A DNA stretch of 64,000 bases from sequence record DRR378314_1424; one strand, given 5' to 3'. Of this stretch, positions 28,734-39,535 are shown piece by piece (positions within the stretch are counted from its first letter, which is position 1; every line of letters begins with the position of its first letter). The position numbers and the translations under genes are program-made. A model generated the notes under the pieces. The model was not told the DNA's origin. It saw nothing but the letters and a program-made list of their open reading frames with translations, and made no database searches.

Positions 28734-31700
28734 TCACACTACCGGTTCTGGCACGATTGCACGCTGGCTTCTGCGGCCTTCGCCCAGCATCAGCATGGCG
28801 GGTGTAACGATCAGCGTCAGAATCGTGGCAATCACCAATCCACCGGCAATGGCAGAGGACAGTTCTGTCCACCACTGGGTAGAGGGCGCGCCATAGACGA
28901 TCTCACGGGTAAAGAAATTCAGGTTCACCCCAATAACCATCGGCATCAGCCCCAGCGCGGTTGTCACCGATGTCAGGATCACCGGACGCAGGCGTTGGGC
29001 ACCGGTGCGCAGTGCCGCTTCCAGCGGGGCCTGCCCGGATTTCTTGAGGTCATTATAGGTGTCGATCAGAACAATATTGTTGTTCACCACGATACCCGCC
29101 AGGGCAATCACCCCAATCCCGCCCATGACCACACCAAAGGGGCGGCCCGTGATCAGCAGCCCCAGCAGGACACCAGCAATGGAGAACACGATGGCGCTCA
29201 TCACGATAAAGGCCTGAAAGAAGTTGTTGAACTGGATCACAAGGATCACAAACATCATAAAGACCGCCGCGACAAAGGCGCTGGCAAGAAAGATCATGCT
29301 TTCGGCCTGATCCTCTGCCTCGCCCGCGAAGCTAAAGTTCACACCTTCCGGCAGTTCGGCGGCATTCAGCGCGGTGGTCAGCGCGATAACCTGATCATTG
29401 ACCAGCAAGCCGGGGGCGACATTTGCCTCCACAGTCGTGACGCGTTTTTCGTCGATGCGGCGGATCACGCCGGTGCGCTCGGAAGGGGCGAAGGTCACGA
29501 AGTTGGAGATCGGCACCAGACCGGAGGTGGTCGGCACCCGCAGCCCGGCCAGTTCCGCAAGTGAACGCTCTTCACGCGGGAAGCGCACCCGGATATCCAG
29601 CGATCCATCAACGTCATCGGGGCGGTAGTCCGCCACGGTGATGCCTTGGGTCAGCAATTGCACCGCCTGCCCCAGAAGGCTGACATCTGCCCCAAAACGC
29701 GCCGCCTCTGCGCGGTTCACAAGGATCGACACCTCAACCCCCGGCACAGGGCGGGTATCAGTGATATCGGTGAACCCGCCCACACGGTCCATGATATCGC
29801 GGATCTGCTGAACGGCCTGCCCCTGCACCGCCGGATTGCGGGCGGTGATTTCAAGGTTAACCGGCTTGCCCGCGGTTGGCCCGCCACTTTCCGTCTGGAC
29901 CTGCACGTCAATGCCCGCAATATCCGCGACGCTGGCGCGGATGTCCTCACCGATTTCGGCGGCGGTGCGGCGGGTGTCCCAGGGGGTCAGCTCCAATTGC
30001 AGGGTGCCGATGGTTTCCTCATCCCCCTGCCCCGCGCTCATCATAGAACGGGCATAGATGCTGGCGATTTCGTCATATCCAAGGATGCGCTCCTCGACCG
30101 CGCGCACCAATGCGTCCCGCTCGAAGATCGAGAAATTATCACGCGCCCGCACCTGAACCTGCATAAAGTCAGGCTCAACAGAGGGGAAAAAGCTGACGCC
30201 TTTGCCAAAGGCCCCATAGATGCTGAAGCCCCCCAACAGCAGCGCCACCGCCAGCAAAAGGGTGGCCCCGGGACGAAGGATCGCCCATTGCAACAGCCGC
30301 ACATAGCCGCCGGTAAAACCGGTCATGTCGCGCGGATCACCAAATTCTGCCGCATGCAATTGCGCCTTGGCCTTGGCGGTCTGGGGCTGACGTTTGCCGA
30401 TCAACCCGCCAACAACGGGAATGAATATCAAGGCCATGAACAGCGAGGCAAACAGCGTCAGGATCACAGTGATGGGCAGGAACTTCATAAACTCCCCCAC
30501 CATGCCGGTCCAGAACAACAACGGGAAAAAGACGCTGAGCGTGGTCGCCGTAGAGGCAATAATAGGCCACGCCATGCGTTTCGCCGCAAAGGCATAGGCC
30601 TCTTTCGGGGGCACCCCCTCTTGCAGTTTGCGGTCCGCCAGTTCGGTTGTGACAATGGCCCCGTCCACCAGCATGCCGACCACAAGGATCAGCGAGAACA
30701 GAACAACAATGTTCATCGTGTATCCCATGCTCCAGAGCGCGATCACACCAGCAAGAAAGGCACCGGGAATCGACAAACCCACAAGGATCGCAGAGCGGCT
30801 GCCAAGCGCGAGAACAATCACGATCATCACAAGGATCACGGCGGCGATCACATTTGCCTCCAGATCATTCAACATGTCTTTGACCTGTTTGCTTTGATCC
30901 TGAAGATAGGTGATCTGAACGCTTTCAGGCCAGTCAACACGCATCTCTTCAACCAAGGCTTTGACCTCCGCCACAGTATCAATGATGTTCGCACCGGAGC
31001 GTTTGGTAACCTCAAGTGCCAAGGCGGGCTGGCCGTTGATGCGGGCAAATGAATCTGGATCCTCAAAAGTGCGCCGGATCGTGGCCACATCGCCAAAGGT
31101 AACCACCGCATTGCCACGCACTTTGACGGGCATTGCCATGACATCCTCAAGATCCTCGATCAGGCCGGGCACCTTCAACACAATCCGCCCCGAGCCGGTC
31201 TCAATCGCCCCCGCCGCAATCAGGCGGTTGTTGCGCTGGATCTGGCCGATCAGCTCGTCAAAAGACAGGTTGTAGGTTTGGAACACCGTGGGGTCGATCA
31301 ACACCTCCAGAAACTCGAACCGCTGACCGCCGATGTCAGCCTCCAGCACCCCCTCAAGGCCTTCGATTTCCTCCTGAAGCCGTTCGGCCAATGTGTTCAG
31401 CGTACGCTCTGGCACCGGGCCGGACAGAATGGCCGTGATGATCGGAAACAGGGCAGTGTTGATTTCGGTAATGTTGACGTCATGCGCATCTTCGGGCAGC
31501 TCGGATTCCACACGGTCCACCGCCTCGCGCACCTTATCCAGCGCCTCGTCATTGTCGCCACCGGGCATGAATTCAAGCTGGATACTGGCAAACCCTTCGG
31601 CAGCATCGGATTTCATACTGTCCAACCCTGCGATAGAGGCAAACTCCGTCTCCATCGGTTCAAGCAGCAATCGTTCTGCATCCGAAGGGCTGATGCCATC

Positions 31701-31856
31701 AAGCCCGGTTGAGACATAGAACAGCGGCAGCGGCACTTCGGGGTTGGCTTCTTTCGGGATCGATACATAGGCAAAAGCGCCAACGGTCAGCACCATCACA
31801 AGGGCCATGACCACAACACGCGAGCGGGAAAAAGCCGCGTTGATAATGGTGTCCAT
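28734..31856 (-). CDS. RND efflux transporter permease
   Basis: GMLVDGAIV, GIVVNNNIVL, RLRPVILT; 1040 aa. Confidence 0.95.
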   Translation of the reverse strand: MDTIINAAFSRSRVVVMALVMVLTVGAFAYVSIPKEANPEVPLPLFYVSTGLDGISPSDAERLLLEPMETEFASIAGLDSMKSDAAEGFASIQLEFMPGGDNDEALDKVREAVDRVESELPEDAHDVNITEINTALFPIITAILSGPVPERTLNTLAERLQEEIEGLEGVLEADIGGQRFEFLEVLIDPTVFQTYNLSFDELIGQIQRNNRLIAAGAIETGSGRIVLKVPGLIEDLEDVMAMPVKVRGNAVVTFGDVATIRRTFEDPDSFARINGQPALALEVTKRSGANIIDTVAEVKALVEEMRVDWPESVQITYLQDQSKQVKDMLNDLEANVIAAVILVMIVIVLALGSRSAILVGLSIPGAFLAGVIALWSMGYTMNIVVLFSLILVVGMLVDGAIVTTELADRKLQEGVPPKEAYAFAAKRMAWPIIASTATTLSVFFPLLFWTGMVGEFMKFLPITVILTLFASLFMALIFIPVVGGLIGKRQPQTAKAKAQLHAAEFGDPRDMTGFTGGYVRLLQWAILRPGATLLLAVALLLGGFSIYGAFGKGVSFFPSVEPDFMQVQVRARDNFSIFERDALVRAVEERILGYDEIASIYARSMMSAGQGDEETIGTLQLELTPWDTRRTAAEIGEDIRASVADIAGIDVQVQTESGGPTAGKPVNLEITARNPAVQGQAVQQIRDIMDRVGGFTDITDTRPVPGVEVSILVNRAEAARFGADVSLLGQAVQLLTQGITVADYRPDDVDGSLDIRVRFPREERSLAELAGLRVPTTSGLVPISNFVTFAPSERTGVIRRIDEKRVTTVEANVAPGLLVNDQVIALTTALNAAELPEGVNFSFAGEAEDQAESMIFLASAFVAAVFMMFVILVIQFNNFFQAFIVMSAIVFSIAGVLLGLLITGRPFGVVMGGIGVIALAGIVVNNNIVLIDTYNDLKKSGQAPLEAALRTGAQRLRPVILTSVTTALGLMPMVIGVNLNFFTREIVYGAPSTQWWTELSSAIAGGLVIATILTLIVTPAMLMLGEGRRSQRAIVPEPVV

Positions 31857-33058
31857 TATTTCTGCTCCTGCGCGGCGGGGGCCACAACTTCGCCCTCATT
31901 GACATAGCCCTGCCCCACGGTGATCACATCCACGCTCTCTGGCAGGCCGGTGACCCAGATGCCGTCAATCTGCGCGCGCACCACTTCGATCGGGAAAAAT
32001 TCAACCTGATTATCGGCATCCACAGTTTTGATCCCCAGCGTGCCTTCGGTGTTCAATGAGACAATCGAAGCCGATAGAAAATGCGCGGTGGTTTCTCCGG
32101 TAGGGATCACAACCTCTGCCGAGATGCCCGCAGGGATGGCGCCGTCTTCATTGGGCACTTCAACCTCGGCCAGAAAGGTACGTGTTTCAGATGCCGCCGA
32201 GGTGCCGACAAAGGTAACCGCGCCTTCGCGCTCTTCTCCGGTGATGAATTTAACGGTCGCTGACTGACCAACGGCAATGCGCACCAGTGACTGCTGTGGC
32301 ACCTGAATGGCAACCGTCAGCGGCGTGGTATCAACCAGCCGTCCGACTTCTGTACCGGCTGAAACAAACTCCCCCGCATCCAGATCAAGGGTTTCAATCC
32401 GCCCCGCAAAAGGTGCGGTGATGGTCAGCGCCTTTGCATCCTGCTCTACCGCAGTGACCTGCGCCTGCGCAGAGGCCAGCGCAGCACGCGCCTGCGTCAC
32501 GCGATCAACGGTTGCAACACCGCGTTCAAGCAATTGTTCCGCATTGTCGAATTCACGCTGGGCACGTGCCAGTTCCTCAGCCGCACGTCGGCTGTCTGCG
32601 ACGTTATTCGCCGGATCAAACCGCGCGATCACAGCGCCGGCATCAACGTCTTGCCCTTTTGACACCAGAACCTCGGCAATATCGCCGGAAATCTCTGCAC
32701 GCATCAAGGTATCGCGATCCGGCAGGGCTTGCCCCTCCGCCTGATAAAATTGGGTTACCGATTCCGCCACGGATGTGCTTACCGCAACGGCCAAGGGTTC
32801 AAGCTCTTGTCGCGTCGTTGCCGCAACTTTTTCTTGAGAGGGAAAGATAAAGCCACTGCCCATCCAGCCGACAATCGCAATCACCAATGCACCTGCCATC
32901 CAGGTTGAGCGGGACGCGCCCGCGTCATCCGCAAAGGTGAGCGCGCGCCGGGGGGGAACCGTCTGGCCGTTTTCTTCGGCAAGCTCTTGTACGGGTGCCC
33001 CGTTCTGCGCTTCGGCTGGCGTGTCTTGCGCAGTCTCTTTTGCAGTATCTTTTGTCAT
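31856..33058 (-). CDS. RND efflux periplasmic adaptor (MFP)
   Basis: N-terminal TM segment, lipoyl/hairpin region, ITAPFAG, SETRTF. Confidence 0.93.
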   Translation of the reverse strand: MTKDTAKETAQDTPAEAQNGAPVQELAEENGQTVPPRRALTFADDAGASRSTWMAGALVIAIVGWMGSGFIFPSQEKVAATTRQELEPLAVAVSTSVAESVTQFYQAEGQALPDRDTLMRAEISGDIAEVLVSKGQDVDAGAVIARFDPANNVADSRRAAEELARAQREFDNAEQLLERGVATVDRVTQARAALASAQAQVTAVEQDAKALTITAPFAGRIETLDLDAGEFVSAGTEVGRLVDTTPLTVAIQVPQQSLVRIAVGQSATVKFITGEEREGAVTFVGTSAASETRTFLAEVEVPNEDGAIPAGISAEVVIPTGETTAHFLSASIVSLNTEGTLGIKTVDADNQVEFFPIEVVRAQIDGIWVTGLPESVDVITVGQGYVNEGEVVAPAAQEQK

Positions 33059-33096
33059 TGCTCTGATCCTCTGGGGCGTTTTCGGTACTAGCCTGT

Positions 33097-33567
33097 TTAA
33101 CGGGTTGGCTTGGCGGCCACTTCATCAAGAGCGACCGCAACAGCCGCGTCCAGAGAGGCATAAAAGTCGGCATAGGCTGCCAACCGATTTACAGCATCTG
33201 CCGCCGGTGGCAGATTTTTGATGGTTTGGGCAATCTCGTCTCTGGTCGCCTGCGTGCGCTTCTGAATGCCCGTCAACATGGTTGCATAGGGGTTTTCGGC
33301 CAGTTGGAAAAAATCCTGCCGTTCGCCGGGCTTTGCCATACGTTTGACCAATCCCCGCTCTTCCAGAATACGAATGCTGGTGCTGATGCTGGCCCGGCTG
33401 ACCTGAAGCCGCGTTGCAATCTCGGTGAATGAGACCATTTCGCCATCGAACATCAACATACCAAAGATCCGCCCCGCAATACGCGGCAGGCCTTCGGCCT
33501 GGGAAATCAGGCCGGTTTTCTCAATAAAATCGCTTCTGACTGAAGCAAATGTTGGCTCGACCGGCAC
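33097..33567 (-). CDS. GbsR/MarR family regulator
   Basis: GLPRIAGRIFG, LQVSRASISTSIRILE, PGERQDFF; GTG start at 33567. Confidence 0.9.
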   Translation of the reverse strand: MPVEPTFASVRSDFIEKTGLISQAEGLPRIAGRIFGMLMFDGEMVSFTEIATRLQVSRASISTSIRILEERGLVKRMAKPGERQDFFQLAENPYATMLTGIQKRTQATRDEIAQTIKNLPPAADAVNRLAAYADFYASLDAAVAVALDEVAAKPTR

Positions 33568-33615
33568 ATGGTACCCCTTTTTCCTTGGCGCGCAGTACCT
33601 GCTCCGCATGGCACG

Positions 33616-33642
33616 TGTCAAATATATTCAGTTTTAACTGAA
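33616..33642 (-). promoter_or_regulatory. Operator palindrome next to a TTGACA -35 element of the regulator-RND operon
   Basis: TTCAGTT-tt-AACTGAA (33627-33642); TTGACA on the minus strand at 33616-33621. Confidence 0.65.
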
Positions 33643-33851
33643 CAAAACTCCACCCCGTCTGGCGGGGCACATGTAGTCCCGAACCAATGCAGGCCATCCC
33701 GCCTTCGTCACAGCTAGATAAAGATTGAAACGAACTGCGCGAATTCAATGCTGTCTGGTGAAAAAACTACGCGTTTTTTGTCAGCGGATTAACAAAGCCA
33801 AAACCAATGGGAAATACAGTCGGGCGTTAGTCAATCAGTCTGGGATCAATT

Positions 33852-35009
33852 ATGATGTTACGTTCACTTCTTACTGCGGGCCTTACGGCGGCGATATTTT
33901 CCGGCACCTCTCTGGCTGCCGACCAAGGGGTCACAGAGACCACCGTCAGCTTTGTTCAGGTAGCGGCCCTTGAAGGTCCGGCGGCGGCACTAGGCCAAGG
34001 GATGCGGCAGGGGCTGATGGCAGCATTTGAGGAAGCCAACCGCGCGGGTGGCGTGCATGGGCGTACAATCAGCCTAGAGGCTATGGACGATAGTTATGAA
34101 CCGAACAAATCAATTGATCAGGTCCGTGCAGCCATCGCCTCGGATGGCTATCTGGCATTGATCGGACCGGTCGGCACACCCACCACCAAAGCGACCCAAC
34201 CTATTGCGACTGAAGCCGGGATGCCCATGGTTGCACCGTTTACCGGTGCGGGTTTCCTGAGGAATCCACAGTTGCGCAATGTGACAAACCTGCGGGCCAC
34301 CTATGATGCGGAAACCCAGGCTTGGATTGACCATCTGGTGGATGTTGAAGGGATCACTGACATTGCAATCCTGTATCAGGATGACGGGTTTGGCCGGGTT
34401 GGGCTGTCCGGTGTGAAAAAGGCGCTGGACGCCCGCAGCATGTCCCTGGTTGCCGAGGGCACCTATACCCGAAACACCGTTGCTGTGAAATCCGCCCTTC
34501 TGGAAATTCGCAAGGCCAAACCGCAGGCCGTGGTGATGGTCGGCGCATATAAGCCTTTGGCCGAATTTGTAAAACTGGCAAAGAAGATGAAAATGGATCC
34601 GACTTTCATGACGATTTCCTTTGTTGGTTCCAAGGCTTTCGCGGCGGAGCTGGGCGCGGATGGTGACGGCGTGATCGTCAGCCAGGTGGTCCCCCAACCC
34701 TGGGATAACTCCCTGCCGATTGTGGCCGAATATCAGGCGGCGCTTTCCGCATTTGATGCAAATGCCGAACCGGGGTTTGTCTCCTTGGAGGGGTATGTTG
34801 CCGGCCGTCTTGCCATTGCGGGATTAAATGCAGCCGGTGCAGATTTAACACGACAGGGGTTTATGGATGCGATGAACGGTCTGGGGAAGATCGACCTGGG
34901 AGGTATGACCCTGAATTTCGGACCGAATGACAATCAGGGATCAGATGATGTTTTCCTGACCCGTATCCGCTCTGACGGCAGCTTTGATCCCATCAGCGCG
35001 GGCAGCTGA
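33852..35009 (+). CDS. Periplasmic ligand-binding protein (LivJ-like) associated with the MCP
   Basis: Signal peptide, GGVHGR, DDSYEP, VGTPT, YQDDGFG; no permease genes adjacent. Confidence 0.88.
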   Translation: MMLRSLLTAGLTAAIFSGTSLAADQGVTETTVSFVQVAALEGPAAALGQGMRQGLMAAFEEANRAGGVHGRTISLEAMDDSYEPNKSIDQVRAAIASDGYLALIGPVGTPTTKATQPIATEAGMPMVAPFTGAGFLRNPQLRNVTNLRATYDAETQAWIDHLVDVEGITDIAILYQDDGFGRVGLSGVKKALDARSMSLVAEGTYTRNTVAVKSALLEIRKAKPQAVVMVGAYKPLAEFVKLAKKMKMDPTFMTISFVGSKAFAAELGADGDGVIVSQVVPQPWDNSLPIVAEYQAALSAFDANAEPGFVSLEGYVAGRLAIAGLNAAGADLTRQGFMDAMNGLGKIDLGGMTLNFGPNDNQGSDDVFLTRIRSDGSFDPISAGS

Positions 35010-35097
35010 GCACCAGAGGGACACCATTACAAGTGCCCCTGTCCTCTGCCGGCAAATCGCGGGTAATCCGTCGCTTAAGGTTAAAACGGGCATTAAA

Positions 35098-37890
35098 ATG
35101 ATATCTCGACTTTCGCATACTTTGGGATCAGTCATCGTCCGGCTTGGACTGATCTTTGGCGCATTGGCCGCAATGACAACCGCCGCTATTGTCGTGGCCT
35201 GGATGGTCTTTCAATCCATCGCGAGCAATATGGCGGTTCTGTCCGATACCCACCTGCCGGAATTGCAGGAAAGTGCCAAGGTTGTCGCCACCACGGATGC
35301 GGTCAGGAATATTCTGTTGGAGGTTTTAATCGCCGAGTCCACCGCGGAATTGGACCAGCTCTCGGTCAGGATGCAGGCTACCCTCGCCGCACTACGACAG
35401 AACATCGGGACCGACGAACCCGCCGCAGATGAAGCGATGGCGACATTGGTGGAAGACGTTGAGAAAAGTCTGGGCGATCTGACCGCAGCCCGCAAAGAAG
35501 CATTGCTCAGCCGAACCTCCGTGGCGGAAAAAATCAAAGAGGCGCTGAACCTTGCAACAGGTGCCGCAGATCTTCTTGCCACGGCTTCTGACGAGGCTTT
35601 TGCGGAATTGGTCAAAGGCGGGGACAACACCATCGGGTCGGTGGACGCCAGCCTTACACAGCTGATCGAAAGTGACTTTGCGCTTTATCAATCCACCCTT
35701 GCCGTCCACTCTAAAATGAACCTGTTGTCCGGTCTTGCCCTCAGCCGGACCCAGACCACCGATGGTTCGATCCGCACGATTCTGGCAGACCTTGCAACCG
35801 CTGCGGACAAACACCTGCGGGACTTGCTGGGGCAATTGGCCGGGGCGGAACCAACCCGTAATCTGGCCGAAAGCCTCAAGATCACACAGGCCGAGCTGAT
35901 GAAAACCTTTCGAAACACCGGTAGGTCCACGCGGCCCACTACCATTCTGGCATTGCGTCAGGCGGCTGATGCCGATCTCACTGCGGCGCTGGACGACATC
36001 TATTTTGAATTGGTCATCAAGAGTGAAGACACGAAAGCGGCCAATCAGGACGCGATTAAGGTTTTGCTGGATGAACAGGTCATGGGCATTCGACAGCAGG
36101 CTGCGTTGAACGCCTCGACGAAATCGCTTGTCTCAGCGATTTTGCAGGTGGCCCTGTCTCGCGACACCAACGAGCTTGACCTGAACGCCGCTGCATTGAA
36201 ACGCTCCACCTCCCGGCTGGCAACAGCAATGGATGGCGCGGCACCGAACATCCAGAAAATCCTAAAAGAAATCATGGCGATGTCAGATCCTCAAAAGGGG
36301 ATCCTGTTCACAAGAGCCGCTGCCATCGCGGCAAACCAACGGGCCTTTCAAGCCACGCAAAGGGCAACCCAAGCTGTTGGCCAGATTGCAACCGCCGTTT
36401 CAGAGGGTGCCCTTAAGGCCCGCTCCCATATCGAGAGCAGTGCGGCCATCCTCAACACACAGGTGCACACCGCGCAGGAGAGGATCAAGATCATCAGCCT
36501 GATCAGCGGTATCATCGTGCTGATCGCGCCCGGCCTGATCTGGTGGATGATCACTCGCCCGCTGAACCGTGTAACGAAAGTGACGGAACGTCTTGCCCGG
36601 GGCGACCTTTCGCAGATTACCGAGTTGCACCAACAACATGGCGAAATCGGCCGCTTGGCGCAGACCTTGCACATCTTTCGACAAGGCGCACTGGAGCGCA
36701 TCCAATTGCAGACAGATGAAAAACGAAATCAGGAAGAGAGACTGGCCGCCGAACGCAGCGCGGAACAAGCCAAACGCGACGCAGAACAGCAGGCACGTGA
36801 TCTGGAAGCGGCGCGCGCAAAAGAGGATCGGGATCGCGAAGCCAGAACCTTTGCCCGCGAGGAGGAAGCCCGCCTTAAGGAAGAAAAGGAACGCGACCTG
36901 CGGGCGAAAGAACAGGCACTTGTTGTGTCAGAACTTGCCGATGGTTTGAACCGCTTGTCCAAGGGCGATCTTTCCCTTGTCATCGAGACGGCGTTTCCAC
37001 CAAGCTATGAAGGGCTGCGCAAGGATTACAACACGGCCATCCTGAGCCTGTCCGAGATTATTGAAAACATCGGTCTTTGCGCAGATACCATTGATCAAAG
37101 CAGCGCCGAAATCACCGCCGCCTCCTTGGATCTTGCCACCCGGACCGAAAAGGCCGCAACCACGCTTGAGCAAACCTCAACCGCGCTGAATGCGATTACC
37201 ACCGGTGTTTCCGCTGCGGCGAAAGGGGCCTCAAGTGCTGCGCGAGATGCCAATGAAGTCAACGAGAAAACAGAACAAAGTCGCAAGGTGATGACCGATG
37301 CCGTTCAGGCGATGCGCGAGATTGAAGGCTCCTCCAGCGAGATTGGCAAGATTGTTGGCGTTATCGATGCGATTGCATTCCAGACCAACCTGCTTGCCCT
37401 GAATGCCGGTGTTGAGGCGGCGCGTGCAGGTGAAGCCGGGGCAGGATTTGCGGTTGTGGCCTCTGAGGTGCGCCAATTGGCCCATCGCAGTTCCGAGGCT
37501 GCGGATCAGATCAAATCACTGGTTTCCCTATCGACCACTCAGGTCGAAACCGGCGTGACCTTGTTGGCGGAGAACAGCAATTGGCTGGACTGGAATCTAA
37601 ACGAGATATCGAAGATGGCCCAAATCATGACCGAAATCGCCTCGTCTTCCGATCAGCAATCACGCGGCCTGTCAGACATCAACCGCTCTGTCGAAGAGCT
37701 GGACGGCAACACGCAGAAAAACGCGGCAATGTTTGAGGAAACCACTGCGGCGAACCAATCACTGACGGAGCAGGCCAGGCAGCTGATCAGCATGGTTTCC
37801 GGATTTTCAACAGCAGCGCCGGCGAATGGAGAAAACCAATCTGATCAATCGAGCTTTTCCCCTGAACCAGAGGAACAACGGGCCGCCTAG
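35098..37890 (+). CDS. Methyl-accepting chemotaxis protein with a large periplasmic domain
   Basis: Two TM segments, HAMP, IAFQTNLLALNAGVEAARAGEAGAGFAVVASEVR. Confidence 0.95.
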   Translation: MISRLSHTLGSVIVRLGLIFGALAAMTTAAIVVAWMVFQSIASNMAVLSDTHLPELQESAKVVATTDAVRNILLEVLIAESTAELDQLSVRMQATLAALRQNIGTDEPAADEAMATLVEDVEKSLGDLTAARKEALLSRTSVAEKIKEALNLATGAADLLATASDEAFAELVKGGDNTIGSVDASLTQLIESDFALYQSTLAVHSKMNLLSGLALSRTQTTDGSIRTILADLATAADKHLRDLLGQLAGAEPTRNLAESLKITQAELMKTFRNTGRSTRPTTILALRQAADADLTAALDDIYFELVIKSEDTKAANQDAIKVLLDEQVMGIRQQAALNASTKSLVSAILQVALSRDTNELDLNAAALKRSTSRLATAMDGAAPNIQKILKEIMAMSDPQKGILFTRAAAIAANQRAFQATQRATQAVGQIATAVSEGALKARSHIESSAAILNTQVHTAQERIKIISLISGIIVLIAPGLIWWMITRPLNRVTKVTERLARGDLSQITELHQQHGEIGRLAQTLHIFRQGALERIQLQTDEKRNQEERLAAERSAEQAKRDAEQQARDLEAARAKEDRDREARTFAREEEARLKEEKERDLRAKEQALVVSELADGLNRLSKGDLSLVIETAFPPSYEGLRKDYNTAILSLSEIIENIGLCADTIDQSSAEITAASLDLATRTEKAATTLEQTSTALNAITTGVSAAAKGASSAARDANEVNEKTEQSRKVMTDAVQAMREIEGSSSEIGKIVGVIDAIAFQTNLLALNAGVEAARAGEAGAGFAVVASEVRQLAHRSSEAADQIKSLVSLSTTQVETGVTLLAENSNWLDWNLNEISKMAQIMTEIASSSDQQSRGLSDINRSVEELDGNTQKNAAMFEETTAANQSLTEQARQLISMVSGFSTAAPANGENQSDQSSFSPEPEEQRAA

Positions 37891-38174
37891 GGCCGTGTTT
37901 GAACGGGTAGCTGGTCACAGATCAATGGGTATTCTGCTTTACCCTTCTACTGAAAATACGCTCAGAAGCCCCATTTCGTTCTTGTCCCAACGAGAAGCGA
38001 TGGCGGCTTGTGGCCGTTGGATGCCCCCAAGGATATCTGCGGAAACTGGCACGACACGCAAAAGATCACGCCAAAAAGGAAACCAGAGCAAACTTGACTT
38101 GAGAGCGGATGCCGGGCTTAGTTGACCTAGCGGCAAATTACGGTCGCTGTTCAAATCCAGCTAGGAGACCCGGA

Positions 38175-39521
38175 GTGTCGGAATTTTCCGTTGAGGGCGC
38201 CGAATTAAAAAAACTTTTAAAACTTTCACGTGCGGCACCTATTTCATTTGCCTATTGCCCCGGATCCAAGGTCGAAACCGATCTTTTCGGGCTTCATCGT
38301 AGAAAACCAGCCGCCGTTATGGCGAAATCGTTGCGTGCATCCGGCGATGGTTCCAAAGTCGCCTTTGGCACCGCGCAGATGGATGGCAAGGTCGTTTCGC
38401 TGCAATGTGAAAAGGCGATGCCGGCGCTGGCCAAAAAGGTCAAAAAATTCCTGAAGCTGAACAAGCTGTCCAAGAATATTCGTATTCTGGACATGGACGG
38501 GAACGTCACTGAAGAAGATATCGAGGATCTGCCGGACGATCCTGATGATGACGATATCGCCGCAACAGCCGCCCCAACGGAGGCCGAGCAGCCAGCGGTT
38601 GCCACACCAGACCCCGCACCCGCGGCGGAACCTGCGGCGGTGCCCTCTGATACAGATGACACCGGCGACGCGTTGAAACAACTTGCGGCCCGAGCAAAGG
38701 CCCTGCAACCGCGGATCACAGCCGTGCCCAGCCCCACGGGCGACAAGCTGCGGCAGGCTTTTGCAACGGCTGTTGTACACCTCAAGGAGGGAAAGCTCGA
38801 CGCAGCCGGTAAAACGCTGGATACACTTGATCAAGTGCTTGCCCGCTTGTCCGGAACGGGCGATGCCAGCGCCGCAGCGGCACCGGCCGCCGATGCAGAA
38901 GCCGCGCAAAAGCCGAAAGGCGATCCCGCAACCCTGAAAAAGCTACAGGAAGCCGCAGCACAGCTTGCGCCAAAGGTCAAAGCTTTGCCAGCCGGTGAAC
39001 ACAGTGCAGATCTGACCAAGCAGTTGCGTGAGGTGATTGGCCATATTCGCGATGGTGCGGTGGATCCCGCCCTCGCCGGGTTGCGCGCCATCCAACAGGG
39101 GCTGAAGGCCGCGCCCGCCGAACCGGAAGGCACAGCGCCCGATGCGGACCCTCTGACCATCTGGAACGCAGCAAAAGAAGCGACGGATGGGGCAATTTCG
39201 GCGCTGCAAAGTAAAATCCGTCAAATCCCCGACCCCGATCTGGAACGGATTGCTGAAATGGGTCTGAACGGGATCACGCAAGGCAACCAGACCGCTTTGA
39301 TGAAACATCTGATGGAGTTCCGGCAGGTTGATGCGGCCGGTCGCCCCAAAGCGGCGGCAGCCTTGCAAGCACAATGCAAAGAGTATCGCGCCTTTTTGGC
39401 CGACAGCGAGCTGATCACCCTTTGCGAACAAAACCCGTTCGGCGTGACCGTCGATCTGCGCAAACAACTGGGCAAGGCACTGGATGAAATTGACCGTGCT
39501 GCCGCCGCAGTCGCCGCCTGA
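38175..39521 (+). CDS. Hypothetical modular protein (basic N-domain, acidic/Pro-Ala linker, two helical repeats, NPF-containing C-domain)
   Basis: Long ORF; GTG start at 38175 with AGGAGA RBS; first gene of a tight three-gene operon. Confidence 0.8.
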   Translation: MSEFSVEGAELKKLLKLSRAAPISFAYCPGSKVETDLFGLHRRKPAAVMAKSLRASGDGSKVAFGTAQMDGKVVSLQCEKAMPALAKKVKKFLKLNKLSKNIRILDMDGNVTEEDIEDLPDDPDDDDIAATAAPTEAEQPAVATPDPAPAAEPAAVPSDTDDTGDALKQLAARAKALQPRITAVPSPTGDKLRQAFATAVVHLKEGKLDAAGKTLDTLDQVLARLSGTGDASAAAAPAADAEAAQKPKGDPATLKKLQEAAAQLAPKVKALPAGEHSADLTKQLREVIGHIRDGAVDPALAGLRAIQQGLKAAPAEPEGTAPDADPLTIWNAAKEATDGAISALQSKIRQIPDPDLERIAEMGLNGITQGNQTALMKHLMEFRQVDAAGRPKAAAALQAQCKEYRAFLADSELITLCEQNPFGVTVDLRKQLGKALDEIDRAAAAVAA

Positions 39522-39535
39522 TCGGAGAGAACATC

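Noticed and set aside
35063-35096. Several TTAA half-sites upstream of the MCP as a CtrA box
   Set aside because: Spacings are 2 and 8 nt rather than 7, so they are not counted as a full site.
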